A stretch of 37,739 nucleotides of DNA from a virus. Its lineage: Duplodnaviria > Caudoviricetes. Under the pieces are notes generated by a model. The model ran no database searches and had not been told where the DNA came from. It saw only the letters and a program-made list of their open reading frames with translations. Made by a program: the position numbers and the translations under genes. Location: the IMG/VR virus record IMGVR_UViG_3300032218_000726, positions 1 through 37,739 of that record; one strand, 5' to 3'. Shown piece after piece: positions 31,749-37,739 of this stretch (within the stretch, counting starts at the first letter, position 1; each line of letters begins with the position of its first letter).

Positions 31749-32072
31749 ATGGCTACAAAAAATGTAGTTGCTCCCCGACTACCAGCAGCGCCCAACACAT
31801 ATGACCAGCAGTATATGGATGCAATGCTGAACATATTGCGTCAGTACTTTACCCAGTTGAGCAACTTTGGACCCGTTTCTGCGGCTACTCAACGGATAAG
31901 CGCAACGGATATTGTTGCTGCGTTAAGCTGTGCTCAACCGGATAAAACTTCCGGCGCAGTCGTAATTAGCATGCCTACGCAAGTCGATTTTGCAAACTTG
32001 CGCTCGGGGGATATTTACATGGATACCTCTGGCGGAGCAGCAACAAGTTACCCATTGAGGATCAAGGCATGA
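31749..32072 (+). CDS. Small virion protein at the gp26 (plug/needle) position
   Basis: PRLP.AP..YD...ILRQYF N-terminus; synteny only. Confidence 0.55.
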   Translation: MATKNVVAPRLPAAPNTYDQQYMDAMLNILRQYFTQLSNFGPVSAATQRISATDIVAALSCAQPDKTSGAVVISMPTQVDFANLRSGDIYMDTSGGAATSYPLRIKA

Positions 32073-32106
32073 TAAAGTTCGTTAACCCCTATTTTCAAAG
32101 GCATCT

Positions 32107-33483
32107 ATGAGCTTGCATATTGCCGCCCAAAATTTGGCTTCCCAAGGCAGAGGCCCCGACAACACACTTGTCCATATGTCCCGTAAAGAGGTCAACAGCC
32201 TCAATTCACTTGCACGCGCCCACGGCGGGCACTTGACCACCAACCCCCATACGGGTTTACCCGAAGCTGGATTTTTGTCGAGCATTTTGCCTATGTTGGC
32301 AGGCGCGGCTTTAACGGCTACCGGTGTTGGCGCTCCTATGGCCGCATTGATGGTGGGTGGTGGTATGGGTATAGCTACGGGCAGCTTGCAAAAAGGCTTG
32401 ATGGCAGGTCTTGGCGCATACGGCGGCGCGGGCTTAGGTTCTGGGTTAATGGCTGCTGGTGCTGAAGGTGTTGGGGCTGGTGCAGCTAGCAATTTGGGTG
32501 ATATGGCCGCTACTGGCGCTGGCGCTACTCCCGCCGCTGGAATGATTGCCCCTGCTGCCGCTGCACCAGCGGGCGGAATTTCTTCTTTGTACGGTGCTCC
32601 TACGGATGCAATGGGCGCGTTAACTTCTACTTCTGCGGCACCACAAGCTGCTGCGCAAGCAGCAATGCCTATGGCCCCACCCGCACCTACACCTGTAGCT
32701 CCAGCCCCAGCTCCTGTTACCGCTGCCGTTGCCCCTGCACAGCCGGTAAGTGGGCTTTCCCAAATGGGGCAAGGTATTCAAAATCTTGGCTCAAGTGCGG
32801 GGCGCGAAGCCTTTATGGGTCAAGCTGCGACCAAAGGTGCTGAAGCTACAGGTGTAGGCGGTGGTTCCGGGCTGTTTAAGTACGGCATGGCCGCTGCGGC
32901 TCCTATGCTTACGGGTAAAGATCAAGCTGGGTACAAAAGCAGCGGGCCTAATCCGTACGAGTATTCGTACGATTACAAGACAGGCCAATACACGCGCCAA
33001 CCTACGGGCTACCGGGATGCGCAAACTGTTACACCTCCACAAGCTATGGCTATGGGCGGTATGGCGCAGGGCGGTTTAGACTTTGCTGGGCAAAACACAT
33101 TTGCCGCTGGCGGTGGCCCCGGTGGTTTAAATATGAACGCGTTACAGCAACAGCAAATGACACAGCAGCCGCAAAATATGGCTTCTGGCGGCATGTCTGA
33201 CCTTGGTAGCTACTCGGATGGCGGGCGCATGTTGCGCGGCCCCGGGGATGGTGTATCTGATTCAATCCCCGCTATGATTGGTAGCAAACGTCCTGCTCGT
33301 TTAGCCGACGGTGAATTTGTTGTACCCGCCCGCGTTGTGTCTGAATTGGGTAACGGTTCGTCTGAAGCCGGTGCACGTAAGCTCTACGCCATGATGGACC
33401 GTGTGCAAGGCGCACGCAAGAAGTCAATTGGTAAAGGCAAGCTGGCTGTGAACAGCCGCGCCGATAAAATGCTGCCAGCATAA
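32107..33483 (+). CDS. Putative internal virion/ejection protein with five GG motifs and a C-terminal GPGDGxSDSIPA...GEFV domain
   Basis: N-terminal GRGPDNTLVH...NPHTGLPE domain, hydrophobic G/A segment, P/A-rich linker. Confidence 0.7.
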   Translation: MSLHIAAQNLASQGRGPDNTLVHMSRKEVNSLNSLARAHGGHLTTNPHTGLPEAGFLSSILPMLAGAALTATGVGAPMAALMVGGGMGIATGSLQKGLMAGLGAYGGAGLGSGLMAAGAEGVGAGAASNLGDMAATGAGATPAAGMIAPAAAAPAGGISSLYGAPTDAMGALTSTSAAPQAAAQAAMPMAPPAPTPVAPAPAPVTAAVAPAQPVSGLSQMGQGIQNLGSSAGREAFMGQAATKGAEATGVGGGSGLFKYGMAAAAPMLTGKDQAGYKSSGPNPYEYSYDYKTGQYTRQPTGYRDAQTVTPPQAMAMGGMAQGGLDFAGQNTFAAGGGPGGLNMNALQQQQMTQQPQNMASGGMSDLGSYSDGGRMLRGPGDGVSDSIPAMIGSKRPARLADGEFVVPARVVSELGNGSSEAGARKLYAMMDRVQGARKKSIGKGKLAVNSRADKMLPA

Positions 33484-33485
33484 TT

Positions 33486-33893
33486 ATGCCGTTGTACCAA
33501 ATTGATCCTCGCGAGCTTCCGCAAGTTTGGCCTATCGTTGCTCCTTTGCTGCAAAAAGCAATTGACATAGACCCCAGTGCGCTAACTATCGAGCAAGTGG
33601 AGTATTCGGTTCGGACGGGAAAAACCTATTTGGTGGTTTGGGAAGAAGCCGATAAGAGTATTACTGGGGCTGCAACAGTTGAATTTATTGACTATCCTCG
33701 GCAACGTGTTGGGCACGGTAACCTCATGGGGGGTAAAGGCATCATGCGCCCCCACGTTATTGAAGAAATGTACAAATGGATGCGTGCCCACGGGGCAACT
33801 ACCGCGCAAGTTTGGGCCCAAGGCTCGCTTGTAAATATGTATGAAAAATTTGGGCTGAAAGTTACTCACCAAGTGATGAGGGTTAAATTATGA
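33486..33893 (+). CDS. GNAT-fold protein (P22 gp14 position)
   Basis: Beta strands TYLVVW/GAATVEF, GGKG, and YEKFGLK motif-B-like end; precedes the ejection genes. Confidence 0.55.
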   Translation: MPLYQIDPRELPQVWPIVAPLLQKAIDIDPSALTIEQVEYSVRTGKTYLVVWEEADKSITGAATVEFIDYPRQRVGHGNLMGGKGIMRPHVIEEMYKWMRAHGATTAQVWAQGSLVNMYEKFGLKVTHQVMRVKL

Positions 33894-36172
33894 ATATCTT
33901 GCACATGAAGCGCAAACTGCTTCCTTTGGGTAACCCTCAAATGGACGGCGGCGGTGGTGGTGGTGGTGGCCAGCAGCAAACAACTACGTCTGATGTGGCG
34001 GATTGGGCAAAACCAACTGCCGAGCGTACTCTTGGCAAAGCTGAAGCTCTGGCAACTGACAAACCGTACCAAAGCTATGGTAACTGGGCGCAGCAAACTG
34101 GTGCTGACCCTAACCGTGTGGCTGGGTTTAACAGCCTCCAAAATCAATCATTCCAAGGGGCGCAAAACCTCCAGCCTTCCCAAGGACTGAACTCCGCTAT
34201 GAACTTGGCCGGTGCCGGTAGTATGAACAGCTTGAACGCTGGGCAAAATTACATGAACATGGCAACTAATCCAAACGCCATGCAAGGGTTCATGTCTCCG
34301 TACATGCAGAACGTGGTCAACTCGCAAATGGGTGAGGCCAACCGGAACTACGACATTTCTGGCACAAACCAAGCAAGCCAAGCCACACAAGCTGGAGCTT
34401 TTGGTGGTTCTCGCGGCGCAATCATGGCTGCGGAAAATGAACGCAACCGCAACACTGCATTGAATGGTATTCAAGCTACTGGCTTGCAAAACGCTTTTCA
34501 AAACGCGCAGCAGGCGCAACAATTTGGTTCTAGTTTGGGGTTGCAAGGCGCGGGTCAAGCTATCCAAGGCGCGGGACAAATGGCCAACATTGGCACCCAG
34601 CAGTTTGGGCAACAGAAAGACACGCTCAATTTGCAGAATCAGTTTGGTGGCCAACAGCAAGCCAACGAACAAGCCAAGCTCGGCTACAACATGCAGGATT
34701 ACACGCAGCAACAGCAATATCCATATCAGCAGTTGTCGTTCCTGTCTAACATCATGCACGGCCTTCCAACAGGTAACGTGCAGACTATGTACGGCATGCA
34801 GCCCACTACGGCTCAGTCAATTGGCAGTTTGGGTATGGGCGCTTACGGCATGAGTCAACTCATGAGAGCCGACGGCGGTACTGTTTCCTCCTACGCTGAT
34901 GGTGGTAGCGTTGAAAGTCCAAACGCAATTGAAGGCATTGTTAGCAAGCTGTCGGATGACCAGTTAAAGCAGGCCGCTAAGTCAGCTCAAGCCCGTGGTG
35001 ACGTACAAGAACTTCAGGCTATCCAACAAGAGATGGCTATGCGTGCTTCCGAACGTAATGGCATGGCCGGGGCTTTTAACCAACTTCCTCAAGGCCAACA
35101 AGAATCTATGGCCGGTGGGGGCATCGTGGCTTTTGCAATGCCAACAGCAGCAAATAACTATGGTTTGACTGACTCTTCTGAAGACGATGCCCCCCAACAG
35201 GGCGAGGCTGCTATGACCTCAGAAGGAAACCCTAAGGCTTACAACCAATTTAGCCAACAAATGTTGGCGCATATTGGGCGGATGCAAAAGGAAAAAGGTT
35301 ACACCCCAATGACCCGCGCAGAGCAAATGGCGGCGGAAAAGTCCGACTATGAAGACATGACTAGGTTTGCTGGGCCTGATCCTTACGCCCCGATGCAAGA
35401 GCGTTTAAAGCAACAAGAAACAGACCGCGCAGGTTCTTTGTCTGAAGGTCGTGGGTTGGCTGCACTCCAAGCAGCCGCTGCTATGTCCCAAGGTCGTGGT
35501 TTAGTCCAAGGTCTTGGCCGCGCTGGCGGCGCGTTTGCTGAGTCTTATGGCCAAGCCTTGCGTGCCGACGCTGCTGAAAAGCGTTCGTTGGCTCAAATGC
35601 AATTCAACTTGTCTGATGCTCAACGCAAAGAACGCATGGGGCTTACCAAAGAAGCCCGGGCCAATGTACAGGCGGCGGAAACCAACAAGTACAACGCTAT
35701 CAAATCCGGTCGCGAGCGCGATGCAGCGGTTGCTAACGCACTGGGTAAAGGGTTGCAGGGCACTAAGCCTCTGCGGGCTACTGGTGCGAGTAAAGAGCCC
35801 AAGATCAACGAGCAACTTGCTGCTGCGGAGATTGCACACGAGACCAACCCTACGGACGCTACGCTCAGCCGTGTTACGGCATTGCGACGTGCTGTGGGCC
35901 AGACCAAAACTACTGACTACGGCCCAACTCGTGCTGGTCTGGGTGAAAGCCAGTTGGCCGTCAAACTCGGCGAAGACATCAATACTGCGCAGCAGAAGTT
36001 GAAGTTTACACCTGAATACGTGAAGGCAGACGCAGCTACAAAAACGCAAATGATGAAAGACGCGGCAACTCAGGTTCGCGCAAACGCGGCCAAGAACGCA
36101 ACCGTAAACAATAATTCCCCACAGGCGGGCCAAAACGATTATAGTAACCTCTGGGGCGGCACTGGTGGATAA
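33890..36172 (+). CDS. DNA ejection (pilot) protein, P22 gp7/gp20-like
   Basis: Basic leader plus poly-G, FMSPY, AGAFGGSR, Q/N/A-rich helices; C-terminal YSNLWG. Confidence 0.7.
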   Translation: MNILHMKRKLLPLGNPQMDGGGGGGGGQQQTTTSDVADWAKPTAERTLGKAEALATDKPYQSYGNWAQQTGADPNRVAGFNSLQNQSFQGAQNLQPSQGLNSAMNLAGAGSMNSLNAGQNYMNMATNPNAMQGFMSPYMQNVVNSQMGEANRNYDISGTNQASQATQAGAFGGSRGAIMAAENERNRNTALNGIQATGLQNAFQNAQQAQQFGSSLGLQGAGQAIQGAGQMANIGTQQFGQQKDTLNLQNQFGGQQQANEQAKLGYNMQDYTQQQQYPYQQLSFLSNIMHGLPTGNVQTMYGMQPTTAQSIGSLGMGAYGMSQLMRADGGTVSSYADGGSVESPNAIEGIVSKLSDDQLKQAAKSAQARGDVQELQAIQQEMAMRASERNGMAGAFNQLPQGQQESMAGGGIVAFAMPTAANNYGLTDSSEDDAPQQGEAAMTSEGNPKAYNQFSQQMLAHIGRMQKEKGYTPMTRAEQMAAEKSDYEDMTRFAGPDPYAPMQERLKQQETDRAGSLSEGRGLAALQAAAAMSQGRGLVQGLGRAGGAFAESYGQALRADAAEKRSLAQMQFNLSDAQRKERMGLTKEARANVQAAETNKYNAIKSGRERDAAVANALGKGLQGTKPLRATGASKEPKINEQLAAAEIAHETNPTDATLSRVTALRRAVGQTKTTDYGPTRAGLGESQLAVKLGEDINTAQQKLKFTPEYVKADAATKTQMMKDAATQVRANAAKNATVNNNSPQAGQNDYSNLWGGTGG

Positions 36173-36198
36173 ATAGCGCCCCGTAACAAGGGGTTGCT

Positions 36199-37737
36199 AT
36201 GGCAAAGAAGTGGGCTGAAGTTGTTAGTAGTGAAGCATTTCAGGCGCTGCCTGACGATCAAAAAGAAGTTGCGCGGAACCAATACTTTGACAGTGTTGTA
36301 GCGCCGCAGGTGCCTGAAGCTGATCTTAATGCGGTTCGAGGGCAGTTTTTTTCCACCACTTCACTCGGCCCAAAACGCGCTCCCGCCCCACAGCGCGATG
36401 GGCTTGCTGCCGCTAGTTTAATGGGGGATGAGTTTGATCCTGCCATTACGGCGGCTGCTCGTGCGCCCAAGCGTAAGAGTGTTTTTGAACTGCGGCCACA
36501 AATGCCCGGTCCTTTGCCGACCGAGGACAAAATGCTGCGTCCTGAGTTTGTGGCCGCAGTTCAAACGCAACTCGATTCTATACCCCTTGAAAAACGCTCT
36601 GCTGCACTTGCGCGTTTAGCCCAGCGCCCGGATATTTATGGCCGTGCGGCAAAAGCTATTCAAGGCCGTTATGAGGCTATGGATAAGGTGGAATCCACGC
36701 CAGTCAAAAACTTAACTGATTTGCGATTGGAGCAGCAGCAAAAGCGTTTTATCGACCAAGGCAGGAATGCCGAGGGAGCTTTGGACCTTGCCCGTCAGCA
36801 AGCCCAGCGGGGAGTTGCCCGCCCTGACCTTCAGCAAATGAACCGGGATGTTGAGGGTGAGATTGCCGACACCGAAGCTGCGCGTATGCGTGAGGAGCTT
36901 AAGAACGCCGATTTCCTTGACCGCGTTAGTGCAACTACAGAAGCGAAATTCAGAACAGCAGGTCTGGGTCTGATGAACGTCTACGCCGATCTTACTGACG
37001 ACAAACAGATGCAGCGCGACTTGTCCGGTTCACGGCGCATGGTAGAAGCGGGGGAGCGAGCTATCCCCAAGGGCGACAGTATTTTTGAGCGCTCGGCGCA
37101 GGGGGCGATCTCCTCGCTGGCTGGCCAAGCTCCTATGGTGGCTTTGGGCATGATTACTGGCACTGCTGCCCCTATGTTGTTGCACGCTGGTGTCCAACAG
37201 TTTGGTGACTCTTACGGTGAGGCCCGGTCTGCTGGGCAGTCTCCTGCGGCTGCGGCTGCGCGTGCCATTCCTATGGCTGCTGCTGAAGTGTTCTTTGAGC
37301 GTTTTGGCATGGAGAAAGCAATGGCTGGGCTGGCCAAGCATGTAGCCAAATACGGGTATCAATCTGTGCCCAAGTACGTGGCCGAGGCCATTGCAAAAGA
37401 GCTGCCTTCCGAGTTGGCAACCACAGTAACTCAATACGGGATTGACATCGTGCCCGGAGTTGGCCTTAATAAAAATCCCAGCTTGGTCGGTTTGTACGAG
37501 CAGTTGGAAGAGACTCTACGCCAAACAATTATTCAAGCAGGTACGCAAACGGGTATAACTGTCGGGGCCGCTAAGGGCGTTCAAAAATTGTCGGAAGCGC
37601 TGCGATCTAGCGCCCCCAAATACGAACGCCCCGACGACACGGGGTACTATCAAGCCTTGCTCATGGCAAAAGGCAAAGGGTTCTTGACTTCTGAGCGCCG
37701 CAACCAGATGGTGCCACCCGGCCAAACTACCGAAGCT
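36199..37737 (+). CDS. Large DNA ejection/transfer protein (gp16-like), truncated at right edge
   Basis: Hand-translated MAKKWAEVVSSEAFQALPDDQKEVARNQYFDSVVAPQ; frame appears open to the edge; resembles the N-terminus of Sf6/HK620-type DNA transfer proteins. Confidence 0.8.
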   Translation, partial: MAKKWAEVVSSEAFQALPDDQKEVARNQYFDSVVAPQVPEADLNAVRGQFFSTTSLGPKRAPAPQRDGLAAASLMGDEFDPAITAAARAPKRKSVFELRPQMPGPLPTEDKMLRPEFVAAVQTQLDSIPLEKRSAALARLAQRPDIYGRAAKAIQGRYEAMDKVESTPVKNLTDLRLEQQQKRFIDQGRNAEGALDLARQQAQRGVARPDLQQMNRDVEGEIADTEAARMREELKNADFLDRVSATTEAKFRTAGLGLMNVYADLTDDKQMQRDLSGSRRMVEAGERAIPKGDSIFERSAQGAISSLAGQAPMVALGMITGTAAPMLLHAGVQQFGDSYGEARSAGQSPAAAAARAIPMAAAEVFFERFGMEKAMAGLAKHVAKYGYQSVPKYVAEAIAKELPSELATTVTQYGIDIVPGVGLNKNPSLVGLYEQLEETLRQTIIQAGTQTGITVGAAKGVQKLSEALRSSAPKYERPDDTGYYQALLMAKGKGFLTSERRNQMVPPGQTTEA

Positions 37738-37739
37738 GA

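Noticed and set aside
37737-37739. Terminal TGA as stop codon of the last gene
   Set aside because: Out of frame with the ORF starting at 36199; the gene continues beyond the window.

Overview
Fragment of a dsDNA tailed-phage genome; no host genes, tRNAs, integrase or CRISPR array were seen. Positions 1-3715 are a minus-strand block of small early/accessory genes with near-consensus sigma70 promoters, six copies of a 14-bp palindrome (CTAACAnnTGTTAS), and a non-coding region with IHF-consensus sites and interleaved repeats. From about 4100 to the end is a plus-strand morphogenesis operon of P22-like (podovirus) layout. Its order is: TerS, TerL, portal, GroES-like protein, scaffold, Mu gpT-like major capsid protein, a kissing-loop RNA element, fibre/decoration proteins, small basic proteins, adaptors, repeat-rich fibres, a lysis cassette (holin, GH108 endolysin), a gp10-like tail hub, and ejection proteins truncated at the right edge. 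Four signals stand out. (1) A [FYML]-[AKS]-x-G-G peptide motif recurs across five putative capsid-internal/ejection proteins, sits at apparent domain junctions and comes with a second ADGxAx[RK]GKT motif, suggesting a cargo sorting/processing system. (2) A kissing-loop RNA lies downstream of the capsid gene. (3) The 1150-aa fibre shows Russian-doll nested domain insertions. (4) The palindrome overlaps early-gene translation starts. All family assignments come from motif recognition and gene order, not database searches.
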